The notes below the pieces were generated by a model. It was not told where the DNA came from. It searched no databases and saw only the letters and a program-made list of their open reading frames with translations. The translations under genes and the position numbers were made by a program. This document shows, in pieces, positions 37,186 to 47,251 of a stretch of 64,000 bases of DNA; within the stretch, counting starts at the first letter, position 1, and the number at the start of each line of letters is the position of its first letter. The stretch lies in the IMG/VR virus record IMGVR_UViG_3300034283_002790, positions 1 through 64,000 of that record. The stretch is one strand, 5' to 3'. This DNA is from a virus.

Positions 37186-38646
37186 ATGTCAATTAATAAT
37201 TCTTATTTTTCCAAAAATAATACAATACTATATGATAGTTTTACAAATACCGGAAGAAACCCGGTTATGGAATTGTATTATGGAGATGGGGGGATTGCAA
37301 ATCCAAAAGGGTATTCTAGATTCATATTCGATTTAGATCTCGGTTTGTTGAGAGAAAAAATTGATGATGGAACAATATCAACTGGGTGTACGTCAGCAAT
37401 GACTCACACTTTACGAATGACAAACACATCTTTTTTTGATAAAGATTTTTTGAACACAACTACTTCGCAAGGAAGACTCAGAGCAACATCTTTTGATTTA
37501 TTTTTATTTAGAATTCCCTACACTAATTTTGATCCGAACCAACCCCAACTTTGGGATGAGGGTGTCGGGTACGATTATATTGATTCTATAACAAATATCC
37601 CAAATGATAAAAATTACTCCGATCGACCTTCGAACTGGTCAGGAAGAACCACAATAGATAATTGGGAAAACCCTGGAATTTATAGTAATACAAATACTGG
37701 GATATTCAACTACAATCAATTACAAATAATTGACACTCAACATTTTCAATTCGGTGATGAAAATATCGAATTTGATATGACAACTGAAATCCAGAATGTG
37801 TTAGATGGTACAATACAAAATCCAGTAGGTTATGGAATTGCGTATTTACCACAAGTAGAAAATATCACCGGAACCTCCGGAACTTATTCAGTTGAATTTT
37901 TTACAAGACACACACAAACATTTTATGAACCTCATCTTTATACAAATTATGATGACTTGATAGAAGATGATAGAAATTTATTTTCCTTGGGAAAAGTAAA
38001 TAAACTTTATTTATATGTTTATGAGGATGGTAATTTTTTAAATTTGGATCAAAATCCGGTTGTTGACATAACAGGACCAAATTGTCAAGTAATACCCGGT
38101 CTATCTGGTCTAACAACTTGTAGAAGATCGAAAGGTGTTTATGAAGTTGTTATTCCACCATTATTAGGTTACTCAGTTCCTTGTACTTTTACAGATACAT
38201 GGAGAAATATTATATCAAATGGTTTTACCCTTCCAGACATTATAAATCAATTTACAGTTTATCCATTAGCAAAATCTTTTACGATTGGAACTCAATCAAA
38301 AGATCCAGTATTATATGGGTTTGATTTTTATGGTATTAAACAAGATGAAAAAATATTAAACACAGATGTAAGAAAAGTTGGGGTTATAATTAAAAAGGCA
38401 TATACCACAAATCATTTACAACTCAAAGTTGATGCTTATTATCGTGTTTATGTAAGAGAAGGTCAAACGGAAGTTCAAGTACAAGAGTGGACAAAAATTA
38501 ACAGGACCCCAAATGAGTATTATTTTATCTTTGATACTCGAGATAAAATACCTAATGAATATTTTATTGATATCAAAGTTTTGAGTAGTGGGGAAGTTAA
38601 CACTTACAAAAAACAAATTAAATTCCAAATAGTGAATAAAAAATAA
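37186..38646 (+). CDS. Putative structural protein, 486 aa
   Basis: Beta-rich ORF with the TATTTAT motif upstream, next to the spike gene. Confidence 0.55.
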   Translation: MSINNSYFSKNNTILYDSFTNTGRNPVMELYYGDGGIANPKGYSRFIFDLDLGLLREKIDDGTISTGCTSAMTHTLRMTNTSFFDKDFLNTTTSQGRLRATSFDLFLFRIPYTNFDPNQPQLWDEGVGYDYIDSITNIPNDKNYSDRPSNWSGRTTIDNWENPGIYSNTNTGIFNYNQLQIIDTQHFQFGDENIEFDMTTEIQNVLDGTIQNPVGYGIAYLPQVENITGTSGTYSVEFFTRHTQTFYEPHLYTNYDDLIEDDRNLFSLGKVNKLYLYVYEDGNFLNLDQNPVVDITGPNCQVIPGLSGLTTCRRSKGVYEVVIPPLLGYSVPCTFTDTWRNIISNGFTLPDIINQFTVYPLAKSFTIGTQSKDPVLYGFDFYGIKQDEKILNTDVRKVGVIIKKAYTTNHLQLKVDAYYRVYVREGQTEVQVQEWTKINRTPNEYYFIFDTRDKIPNEYFIDIKVLSSGEVNTYKKQIKFQIVNKK

Positions 38647-38673
38647 AAATAAAATATTTATAAATAAAAAAAC

Positions 38674-39300
38674 ATGGCAAATTATACCGGACAGAGTTGT
38701 ATAGATGAAGTAGTTGTAATATTGACTGGTAGCACAGGTTTTACAACCGGACAAATAGTTGGTGGATTTCCTATTGGATCAGGTCCAGGGGCAACACAAT
38801 GTTATACAATTTTAGGAAATGCATCATTAAGCGAAATTCCAACAATTCAGTTTCAGGGATTGGCATTTTATGAAGATTGTATTGAATGCTATATAGATAA
38901 AGAACTTGGTTTTGAATTTGAAGACTGTATAACTGGCGACTTAGAGGTGGTATCGGCAACTAGTCTTGGTTTTGTACCTACAATAGATTTAATTTATCAA
39001 TTTTCATTAGATGGCTCCGCACCAAGATGTTATATTGCAACAGGTAACGTTGATCCTTTGGGGGTTGATATTACGCCACAATCAATCAATGTTTTTACTA
39101 GTTGTATAAATTGTTATAAAAATCAAACAGTGACTGCTGGTACTGAATATACAGTCTGTGTTATTTGTTGTCCTTGTGATTCAGGTTCTACTGTAACAAG
39201 TGTGGCTGTACCTCATCCTGTATGGACATCAACAGATGGTAAGGCGGTAGTTCAAAGTAACATGGTCGTTTTAGGTGGACCTAATGGATTAAATAATTAA
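38674..39300 (+). CDS. Cys-rich putative structural protein with an internal duplication, 208 aa
   Basis: Two modules each ending CY...DC(I)ECY or SC(I)NCY; C-terminal CVICCPC. Confidence 0.6.
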   Translation: MANYTGQSCIDEVVVILTGSTGFTTGQIVGGFPIGSGPGATQCYTILGNASLSEIPTIQFQGLAFYEDCIECYIDKELGFEFEDCITGDLEVVSATSLGFVPTIDLIYQFSLDGSAPRCYIATGNVDPLGVDITPQSINVFTSCINCYKNQTVTAGTEYTVCVICCPCDSGSTVTSVAVPHPVWTSTDGKAVVQSNMVVLGGPNGLNN

Positions 39301-39302
39301 AT

Positions 39303-39791
39303 ATGAGAAATTTAAATTCAATTATTAAAAGAGTAATTAAAGAAACTTTTGAAGATAAACCATCAACTCAAGAAAGAGGGTCTTCAAGATATATGTTCTT
39401 TTCAAATTTACAACAAATGAGAAGACAATGTGATATGTTATTAGAATTGGATCATTCTATGATTGAAGAAATTCTTGAAAATGGTCACGACTGGGCTCAG
39501 GATCATATCGCGGAAGCAAAAAATAACATGGATCAAGTTTTTGATTTTTTAATGAATGAGACAAAAAAACATGGAATGCAAATGTCAATGAATATTGATG
39601 ATGAAGATATGGTCATGATGGAAGGTAGAAAAAAAACAGGAACAAAACTTTGTGCCAGAGGTTTAGCATCTGCTAAAGCGAAATATGACGTTCACCCCTC
39701 TGCTTATAGTAATGGTCACGCCGTTCAAGTATGCAAAGGAAAAATCAAAGGACTCGACGGAAAAAGAAGGTGTTCAGGTGCGTTTTGTTAA
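39303..39791 (+). CDS. Putative head-associated protein, 162 aa
   Basis: N-terminal IIKRVIKE helix; basic Cys-containing C terminus (KAKYDVHPSAY...VCKG). Confidence 0.55.
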   Translation: MRNLNSIIKRVIKETFEDKPSTQERGSSRYMFFSNLQQMRRQCDMLLELDHSMIEEILENGHDWAQDHIAEAKNNMDQVFDFLMNETKKHGMQMSMNIDDEDMVMMEGRKKTGTKLCARGLASAKAKYDVHPSAYSNGHAVQVCKGKIKGLDGKRRCSGAFC

Positions 39792-39852
39792 AGAATAAAA
39801 GAAATTAATATCTCTTTTTTTGAATTTTATGTTTATCCGTATATTTATTAGT

Positions 39853-40335
39853 ATGGATCAACAATGTAGTAAATGCGGAAAAATAAAATCTATAACTGAT
39901 TTTTATAAAACTCAAAGAGGAAATAAATGTAAAGAATGTATTTTAAAAGTAACACGAGAATATAAAAGAAAGAAAAGATTAGATCCGGAACACAGAAAAA
40001 GAGAAGGGATCTTACAAAAAGAAAGAAGGGTTAGATTGTGGCAAAACACTCTTATTCATGACTCAAAACATAGAAAAATAGAATGTACGTTAACCGTTGA
40101 CGACATCAATGAAATGATGGAGAAACAAAACGGTCTTTGTCATTGGTTTAAAATACCTTTAATACCTTCCCATCAAAAAAAACATCCACAACAACCATCT
40201 TTAGATAGATTAGATAATAATAAGGGATATACTAAAGATAATGTTGTACTATGTTGTTATTCCGCAAACATAGGTAGAAATGAAATTGATTTGGGGACTT
40301 GGAGAACTTTTTTGAAATTACTTTTGAATAATTAA
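39853..40335 (+). CDS. HNH-type (His-Me finger) endonuclease with an N-terminal zinc finger, about 160 aa
   Basis: CSKC...CKEC zinc finger and PSLDRLDNNKGYTKDNVVLCCYSANIGRN. ATG at 39853 follows TATTTAT at 39842-48. Confidence 0.8.
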   Translation: MDQQCSKCGKIKSITDFYKTQRGNKCKECILKVTREYKRKKRLDPEHRKREGILQKERRVRLWQNTLIHDSKHRKIECTLTVDDINEMMEKQNGLCHWFKIPLIPSHQKKHPQQPSLDRLDNNKGYTKDNVVLCCYSANIGRNEIDLGTWRTFLKLLLNN

Positions 40336-40354
40336 ATTTTCTTTTTTATATTTG
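40323..40354 (+). promoter_or_regulatory. Bacteroidota-type housekeeping promoter
   Basis: TTTG (40323-26), 20 nt, TATATTTG (40347-54) matches TTTG-N19-21-TAnnTTTG. Confidence 0.6.
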
Positions 40355-40373
40355 TAAAAACAAAAAAAACAAT

Positions 40374-40808
40374 ATGAAAAAAAGTATTCTAAGATTTTAC
40401 AAAAGATTTAAAGTTTATTTAGGAAAATTAGGACGTTCGAAAGGACTTAAAACTGAAGAATATTTACAAGATCACGAAAAAATCGCATTCCGTATATGTG
40501 TAAAACTTATTTCTCACGAGGATTCTGAACTTGTAATTGCACCAATGTCACAAAAAAGATTTATAGTGAATAATACCCTTAATTTATTTTGTACATTAGA
40601 CTGGGGAAGAATCGAATTGACCAATCATACATTTCATTATGACGTTAAGTTAAGTGGTAGAGATTTCGAAAGAGTTCTTTTCTTATTCGATAAAGAATCA
40701 GAAAAAAGAAGATCGGTTACTGAAAGTATAGTTCAAAGTCAAATTAACGACTCACTAATTAAAATATTAAATAAAATTAATAATAGAGTAGAAACTCACT
40801 TAAGTTAA
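40374..40808 (+). CDS. Hypothetical protein, 144 aa
   Basis: ORF after the host-type promoter. Confidence 0.65.
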   Translation: MKKSILRFYKRFKVYLGKLGRSKGLKTEEYLQDHEKIAFRICVKLISHEDSELVIAPMSQKRFIVNNTLNLFCTLDWGRIELTNHTFHYDVKLSGRDFERVLFLFDKESEKRRSVTESIVQSQINDSLIKILNKINNRVETHLS

Positions 40809-40810
40809 AA

Positions 40811-41824
40811 TTATAGATTCCTAAGTATTCTTCTTATAATTTGATCCTCATTCATTTTTTTGGTTTTGTAACTTGTCATAACAGGTTTTTGACCTTTTCC
40901 TGATTGAGGATCTTTTTTTTCTGCATTTCTTTTTTGTTGACATGCCGATCTTTTTTGTGAATCACTCATTTTACCTGCAACACCAGAGGCTCTACATTTT
41001 GGATATGATCCTGTGTCGGCATCCTTTCTTCCACATGGGGGATGTTTACCATCTACTTTTCTACATATATCTACCCAAGGTCCTTTTGGCTGAGATGACC
41101 CTTTTGTTTTTTTCTTTTTACCAAACCATACAGCCAAATCTTCGTTTACCGCATGAACCGGGTATTCTTCCTGATTATATGACCCATCTTTGTTTTTTTC
41201 CCAAACCCCGACCGTCCTTTTGATATTATTTTTCAAACTAGGTTTTTTGGCATAATCATTATAATCATGATCTACCTCAATAGAAAAAGGGCTTAAAAAA
41301 TTTTTTTTCCATTTTTTTAACCCCAATTCAACTGGGCCACTGTATACCCCTGCACTAGTTGATGAATCAACTTCATTGATTGCATTTTCATTTGATTTTA
41401 GTTTGATAGTTTCTCGTAAAATGTTTTTTATGACATCATCAATACTTTCAAGTTTTGTCTTAGGTTTTTGTTTTTTGGGTAATTTAATTGGTTTTGCATC
41501 TGTATTTTTTTTAGGAAGTGAGTTCATAATACCAGCATCCCCATCCCAGGCAAATTTATCTGGGTGTTTTTTAATATCATTTGTGACTTTTTCTGCCCTT
41601 TTTTCTATCTTACTTATCCATTTTGGGTGAGTCGACATATCACCATCTAAACTGTCATAATCAAGTAACGCACTGTCATAGTCATTAAGGATTTCTGTGT
41701 AAGGTTTGTTTAACTTATCTCCAAAATCCCGTAACCCGGGAAGTAACGGTGATACATAACTACCTCTAGAAGAACTGGTCGATGTAATTTCGTTTAATAT
41801 TTTTTTAATAATCTTATTTAACAT
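40811..41824 (-). CDS. Putative head-internal protein with several I/L-x-E sites, 337 aa
   Basis: MLNKIIKKILNE start; ILRE, AINE, AVNE; C-terminal WVDICR...PPCGR...YPKC domain. Confidence 0.6.
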   Translation of the reverse strand: MLNKIIKKILNEITSTSSSRGSYVSPLLPGLRDFGDKLNKPYTEILNDYDSALLDYDSLDGDMSTHPKWISKIEKRAEKVTNDIKKHPDKFAWDGDAGIMNSLPKKNTDAKPIKLPKKQKPKTKLESIDDVIKNILRETIKLKSNENAINEVDSSTSAGVYSGPVELGLKKWKKNFLSPFSIEVDHDYNDYAKKPSLKNNIKRTVGVWEKNKDGSYNQEEYPVHAVNEDLAVWFGKKKKTKGSSQPKGPWVDICRKVDGKHPPCGRKDADTGSYPKCRASGVAGKMSDSQKRSACQQKRNAEKKDPQSGKGQKPVMTSYKTKKMNEDQIIRRILRNL

Positions 41825-41870
41825 AGAAAAATAATACCTATACTTATAAATATCATAAAAGTTTAAAAAT

Positions 41871-42092
41871 ATGGAAAACTCAAATAATTTGTATGGAAAT
41901 CTATTCGGAACAATAAATATACTTGATGAAAATCATTTGGAATTAATTTTAACCTCAATGGATGAGGGTCATGCCATTTATTATTTGGTCGAAGCAATTA
42001 AAGCCGCTCACAAACGGGGATCCTTCACAATTGGTGAATCTGAAGTTCTATCAAAAGCAATTAGAGTAATATCTAAAAATTCCGAAGAATAA
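41871..42092 (+). CDS. Hypothetical protein, 73 aa
   Basis: ORF ending just before a bidirectional terminator. Confidence 0.6.
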   Translation: MENSNNLYGNLFGTINILDENHLELILTSMDEGHAIYYLVEAIKAAHKRGSFTIGESEVLSKAIRVISKNSEE

Positions 42093-42104
42093 ATCATATA
42101 AAAT

Positions 42105-42133
42105 AAAAAAGGTCAGACGAATCTGACCTTTTT
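42105..42133. terminator. Bidirectional intrinsic terminator
   Basis: AAAAAA-GGTCAGA-CGAA-TCTGACC-TTTTT between the convergent 41871 ORF and the capsid gene. Confidence 0.85.
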
Positions 42134-42154
42134 CTTTATTTAACCTTTAATTGA

Positions 42155-44017
42155 TTATCTCAATTCTTGTAAGTCAAATGTACGTACTCCATCAACTGTG
42201 ATACGTCCGTAGAAACGGTTGTTAACCATTTTCTTAGCGTATCGTGTCATAATACCTTTGATAGGTGTAAAGTTAAATGGATTGTACATTGTAGGTGTCA
42301 ATTGTAGAGGTACATACGGTGCGTAGATGTAACCAGTGTCTAACAATGATGTTCCTTTGTGTCCAATCAAAACTTGGTTTGGTGGGAAGTAAGGATCACG
42401 GTAAACTTGGTAACGTCCTGCTAAAGTACCTACTCTTTCGATACCCATGTTATATTGATCTTGCTCAGGTGAAGCGTTAGATACGTGGAAGTACTCCAAA
42501 TCATCAAAAATTGCGGAAACCTCAGATGATACAACGATCCAGTTAGCACCACCACGAAGAGTTGACTTGTGGATTTGTGCGGACAACTGGTTGATTGCTG
42601 TGATCAAAGTTTGGTTCCAGTCTTTTTGAGTGTAAGAAGTTGTTTGAGAAATTCTTCTCCATCCGTTGTAATCCCAACGTAAGTTCCAAGCCGCACCTTT
42701 ACGAAGGTCACGTAGAATTTCACGATCGATTTCAGCAGCCACTTGTTCAGACAACAATGCTGTAAGTTCAGCCTCTGCGTCGATGTTGTGGAATGCCGCA
42801 ACGTCTTGTGCTAATTCAGGAGACCATTGTGCTCTTAGTTTTCTTTCAGACACAGAAACAGTTACTGATTCTAAGTCAAAAGATACTTCACCAATTTTGT
42901 CTTCGAATTCTAATTCTTCATAACGTCTCCAAACAGCGGTAAACGATGTTGCAGATGCTGCAGAATAGATAGTAGTACCTGTGTAACCATCCAAAGATGT
43001 TGAGTTACAATCAGCACAAACTGGACAAGATAAGTCAACTTCTAAATAGATACAACCTTCTGGGTCACAGATGTTGTCAAAAGAACCACCGTTTCCGGTA
43101 GCGGCCCATTTAGTTTGAGAAGTTGTAGAGTTAGGATTAACGATTCCTTTACCGTATTGTTGAGTAACAACTCTAAACAATAATGGAACTGGAGCCGCTT
43201 GTGTACCTAATACATTACAAGGTGTTGTAGATGCGGAAATAGTTGGTTGGTTTGCGAAGATTTTAAGATCTGAAAGGAAAGTCTCAGAATCAACTTCAGC
43301 ACCATCCGGTCCTACTAATTTACCCCATCCGATGTAAGAATTCCATCCACAAAGTTTCATGATGATTTTTCGGTAATTACCTTCAGAAGTAATTTGGAAA
43401 TCAACCAAGTTACCGTTAGACCATTGTAACATGGATGTGTTTTGTGTTACAGCAGACCAACGACCTTTAGAATAATCGAATAATCCTGGAGGATCTAATC
43501 CTGCCTCAGAACCTTCATAAAACAAATCATAAAGATTTTTTGAGTAAGTAGGATTGTATGTTCCGTTACCACTGTCATATCCTGCGTTAGGATCACCAGG
43601 GTAGTTACCAGGTGCACCTACAGGAGAATAATGGTCTCCAGAGTTTGACGGATATGCTCCTGTGTAAGTACCACCAGAATATCCTTGAATTTTAGGTACA
43701 AAGTAGAACAATTTACCAATTGGTAAGTTCATTGCTTGTACTGATACGATGTCATTTGCCAACAATTTAGAGAAAACTCGACGAATGATTGGGAAAACAA
43801 CAGTTTCGAACGCTCCGTTAGAACCTTCAGAAGTTGCTTCGTTAATCAAATGTGACGCTTGGTTTTCATATAATTGTGCCACGTTTTCTTTTAGATGACC
43901 TCTAAGACCATCAAGGAATCCTAATCGATCCCATTTGTTAATAGTATCTTCTTTGATAACTTTAAGGTGCTTAAGACCGATGTTACCAACAAGACCTGAT
44001 TCTAATAATGCTCCCAT
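42155..44017 (-). CDS. Major capsid protein, T4 gp23-like, 620 aa
   Basis: IVSVQAMNLPIGKLFY, RKLRAQWSPELAQD, DAEAELTALLSEQVAAEIDREIL, YAPYVPL, KGIMTRYA. Confidence 0.95.
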   Translation of the reverse strand: MGALLESGLVGNIGLKHLKVIKEDTINKWDRLGFLDGLRGHLKENVAQLYENQASHLINEATSEGSNGAFETVVFPIIRRVFSKLLANDIVSVQAMNLPIGKLFYFVPKIQGYSGGTYTGAYPSNSGDHYSPVGAPGNYPGDPNAGYDSGNGTYNPTYSKNLYDLFYEGSEAGLDPPGLFDYSKGRWSAVTQNTSMLQWSNGNLVDFQITSEGNYRKIIMKLCGWNSYIGWGKLVGPDGAEVDSETFLSDLKIFANQPTISASTTPCNVLGTQAAPVPLLFRVVTQQYGKGIVNPNSTTSQTKWAATGNGGSFDNICDPEGCIYLEVDLSCPVCADCNSTSLDGYTGTTIYSAASATSFTAVWRRYEELEFEDKIGEVSFDLESVTVSVSERKLRAQWSPELAQDVAAFHNIDAEAELTALLSEQVAAEIDREILRDLRKGAAWNLRWDYNGWRRISQTTSYTQKDWNQTLITAINQLSAQIHKSTLRGGANWIVVSSEVSAIFDDLEYFHVSNASPEQDQYNMGIERVGTLAGRYQVYRDPYFPPNQVLIGHKGTSLLDTGYIYAPYVPLQLTPTMYNPFNFTPIKGIMTRYAKKMVNNRFYGRITVDGVRTFDLQELR

Positions 44018-44090
44018 TTTTAATTTTTTTTAGGCTTTATTTAGTTTTATGTATATAATAAATATACGAGTTTTTAAAAAAGTTTATTTT

Positions 44091-45581
44091 TTATAGTTTT
44101 TTCATCAAATCCTTCATTCGTAAGAACTGAGGATTCTCATAAGTTTTTGATTCGATCAAGTTTACTGAAGACCCATTAGATGGAGTTTTGTTTACAGTTC
44201 TCTCGATAGATTCGTTTATTTTTGATTTTGACTCATTGATAGTTGGTGTTGTGTCCAATTCTGATTTGATTGTACGATAAAGATTTTTAGATTCTTTCAA
44301 CGACTCCACTGAATCAAATCTTTTAAGGATATTGATTTTTTCTTGTTTTGTTGTTGAATGTTCTGTGAACAATCTTGTTGCGTAAGCCAAGTTTGAATTG
44401 AAAACTGCAACTTCGTTAAGTTTTTCTCTGAACACATTTAAGGCATTTCTGTATTCCTCATTTTTAGTTTTAAGAATTTCAAGTTCTTCAGTACTTTCTT
44501 TACGTAATCTACGTGGTGCCGCTTTTGGTTTAGGAAGACCTTCTCTACCCCAATATTTACCAGCCCCTAAAGTTCGTGAAGATTCTTTAGTTTCTCTTTT
44601 CTTCGGCTTTTCAGTATATCCTTCCATGTTAACCTCATCATCATAATCCATTTTCTTCGGAACTTTACCAGTATACTTGGTTGCATCTCCCTGTTTCATT
44701 TTTGTGTTGAAACCTTTGGAATTTGAGTCCTTTGAATATTTAAATTTATTTGGGTTACCCATTCCAGTACCTTTAGCCTTAAAGGATTTTGCCTCCATCA
44801 TTCTATCAGAAAGTTTAGTTTCGGCATCCAGTTCGAAATCCATTTCTAACATTTCATCAGATCCCATTCTGGACATTCTAGACATTTTAGATTCGTAATC
44901 TTTGTAGTGTCCACCTTTACCATACTTTCTTCCACCTACATCACCCATTTTGTGACCATCTCGTCTATGGAAGTCATGTTTGTTTCCACCGAACAATTCA
45001 TCTTCATTTTGTTCTCCGTAATTTTCATCACCAAAAGTAATTTCATACTCGGTTTCTGTACCCTTGTCTCCCATAAGTTCTTTTAGATAGTTTATTTCTT
45101 CAGTGTCGTCGTCTTCATCAGACTCACTGTATTCACCTTCTGGATAATCATCGATATCAGATTCATTCATAGTAATGATGTATTCAGTATCATTTTCGGT
45201 GTCTTTTAGATTTACAGATCTTCTACCATCAGGAGTTTCACTGCTAATTACTTCAACTGTGTCACCTGGTTGTAACTTTTTGAAAACATCAACCACAGCA
45301 CTCATGCTTTCTGGGTCATCTCCAAATGGACTTACATCCAAGACTTCATCATCGTCAAAGTCATCTTCATCATCCGGCATGTCCATAACTTCAAGTTCGT
45401 CTGCCGGTAAATCAATAATCTCCTCATCGTCTTCTTCGTCGTCAAGAGATTCTTTTACTAAAGATCTGATTTCATCCCTCATAGTAGAGGCAAGTATTCC
45501 TTTTGCATTTTCTTGTACAGACTCTTCCAAGTTTCGTAACTGGAAAAGAGCCTCTTCAACCGTTTGGTTTTTTTTATTCAT
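44091..45581 (-). CDS. Prohead core or scaffold protein, T4 gp22-like, 496 aa
   Basis: Acidic and coiled-coil rich, many I/L-x-E sites, located between the protease and capsid genes. Confidence 0.8.
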   Translation of the reverse strand: MNKKNQTVEEALFQLRNLEESVQENAKGILASTMRDEIRSLVKESLDDEEDDEEIIDLPADELEVMDMPDDEDDFDDDEVLDVSPFGDDPESMSAVVDVFKKLQPGDTVEVISSETPDGRRSVNLKDTENDTEYIITMNESDIDDYPEGEYSESDEDDDTEEINYLKELMGDKGTETEYEITFGDENYGEQNEDELFGGNKHDFHRRDGHKMGDVGGRKYGKGGHYKDYESKMSRMSRMGSDEMLEMDFELDAETKLSDRMMEAKSFKAKGTGMGNPNKFKYSKDSNSKGFNTKMKQGDATKYTGKVPKKMDYDDEVNMEGYTEKPKKRETKESSRTLGAGKYWGREGLPKPKAAPRRLRKESTEELEILKTKNEEYRNALNVFREKLNEVAVFNSNLAYATRLFTEHSTTKQEKINILKRFDSVESLKESKNLYRTIKSELDTTPTINESKSKINESIERTVNKTPSNGSSVNLIESKTYENPQFLRMKDLMKKL

Positions 45582-45650
45582 TTTTTAAATTTGATTTACA
45601 TATAAATATGTTGATTTTGTAAAAATTCATTTAAATTGTAAATAAATAAA

Positions 45651-45679
45651 AAAAAGGTGAGAATCTCTTCCCACCTTTT
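45651..45679 (-). terminator. Probable intrinsic terminator
   Basis: AAAAGGTG...CACCTTTT imperfect hairpin followed by a U-run on the minus strand. Confidence 0.55.
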
Positions 45680-45699
45680 ACCAAAAAAATTAATTTTGA

Positions 45700-45909
45700 T
45701 TATTCGATCACCTCATCGATTTTACTTTCAACAATTGAGGTGATTCTCCAATCCTGTGTATAGTTCTCGTAGATTTTAGTAATCTTAGCCTCAACATCAG
45801 TTGGTGAAAATGCTCTCACCAATTTTTCTTCTTTTAATTTCTTAACTCTTCCAGAATTTTCATCAACCATGTCAGTTGATATTTTACACACAAAATACTT
45901 TTCGTTCAT
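45700..45909 (-). CDS. Hypothetical protein, 69 aa
   Basis: ORF inside the head operon with normal composition. Confidence 0.65.
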   Translation of the reverse strand: MNEKYFVCKISTDMVDENSGRVKKLKEEKLVRAFSPTDVEAKITKIYENYTQDWRITSIVESKIDEVIE

Positions 45910-45950
45910 AACTTTATTTTTAAATTTACTTAAATATAAAAATAAAAAAA

Positions 45951-46688
45951 TTACTTATCAAGGTATGCGGATAATTTATCCATTAAATTTTTTGATTTAT
46001 CAATCTGAGATGGTTGTGAATTTGTCAATCGTTCTTGACCCATCTTTTTTTCTTCTTCCAAATTTTCCTCAAAATTAAATCTATCTTTTGGATCTAAAAA
46101 TAGATATGCTCCAGGTGTGGATGGAGATGAAACAAGATCAAAACAAATTAACTCGAAATCTTTTTGTACTTCATTTTGTTCACCAACTTTCTTCAAAGAA
46201 CCAACTCCTCGAGAAGAAATACCTAAAGTAACACCTTGACGAAGATAGTTTGCTGCTAAGTCCCCTTTTGTAGAAACAATTCCTCTTTCGTGAAATCCTG
46301 GACTTGTCAATAATCTTAACTTACCTAAAAGAACCGGACCTTCCCACCATACCTCAGTAATTAAATGTGATGCTCTATCCAAATCTATTAGTGAAGATTC
46401 TGGATGGTTTAATTCAGAAAGGGAAGTACCTTTCTCTATCATCTTTTTATAGTTATTTACTTCTCGTTTCAGGACTTCTTCAGGATAAACTCTTCCGTTT
46501 CGGTTGGGTGTATCATATTTTTGAAGTACGGCATAAAACTCGAATGGTTTTGAATAGTCCAAAAAGTTTTTGTTTTCTTTTAGAATTTCTAAGTTTCTAG
46601 ATTCTCTTGGGTTGATATATCCCGCATCATATTCAATAAGAATACCCTTACCAGTCTCTCTTGGTCCCAAAATTTTTAAATTATCCAT
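45951..46688 (-). CDS. Prohead protease, T4 gp21-like
   Basis: PNRNGRVYP, ELNHP, LGISSRGVGS, FDLVSSPS. Confidence 0.93.
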   Translation of the reverse strand: MDNLKILGPRETGKGILIEYDAGYINPRESRNLEILKENKNFLDYSKPFEFYAVLQKYDTPNRNGRVYPEEVLKREVNNYKKMIEKGTSLSELNHPESSLIDLDRASHLITEVWWEGPVLLGKLRLLTSPGFHERGIVSTKGDLAANYLRQGVTLGISSRGVGSLKKVGEQNEVQKDFELICFDLVSSPSTPGAYLFLDPKDRFNFEENLEEEKKMGQERLTNSQPSQIDKSKNLMDKLSAYLDK

Positions 46689-46710
46689 AGAATAGTTTTT
46701 TTAATAAATA

Positions 46711-47178
46711 CTATCCAGTTTGGAAATCTAAATTTTTTCTACTTTTGTTACCTGATTTTGTTAAAGAGAATTTGAAATATTCATTTTTGAAAAAAATGTC
46801 ATCGTAAATCGAATTGATTATATTTTTGATTGAATTTCTTAATTCTTTTGATTTAAATTCTATTTCTGATATTACAAAAAAATTCATTTCCAAATTCATA
46901 AATGATTTTTTATTTATGTTTAAACCACTTGTTCTTAGATCCATGTCGACAATATATTTTCTATCGAAAATTGAATCATCAATTGAATCATAAACTGAAT
47001 GTTTTATTGATCTTGACATGTTAGAAACAATTCTTGCCCAATTTTCCTCATCCTCTTTTGGCTCAACCCATGTTTGTAAATTTACGTATACAGATTTAAG
47101 TTCTTTAGAATCTACAGTTCCATATACGATTTTAGAGTCTTTAAAACCTTCCAGTTTTGAAGTTTTTCCTTTTTTCAT
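46711..47178 (-). CDS. Hypothetical protein, 155 aa
   Basis: ORF with upstream TTGATA-N17-TATTTT. Confidence 0.7.
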   Translation of the reverse strand: MKKGKTSKLEGFKDSKIVYGTVDSKELKSVYVNLQTWVEPKEDEENWARIVSNMSRSIKHSVYDSIDDSIFDRKYIVDMDLRTSGLNINKKSFMNLEMNFFVISEIEFKSKELRNSIKNIINSIYDDIFFKNEYFKFSLTKSGNKSRKNLDFQTG

Positions 47179-47213
47179 AAATAATTTTCATCATTGAATG
47201 TTTATTTTAACAA

Positions 47214-47242
47214 AAAATACACAATTTTTGTGTATATATCAA
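47214..47242 (-). promoter_or_regulatory. sigma70-type promoter
   Basis: Minus-strand TTGATA (47242-37), 17 nt, TATTTT (47219-14). Confidence 0.45.
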
Positions 47243-47251
47243 TAAAACAAT

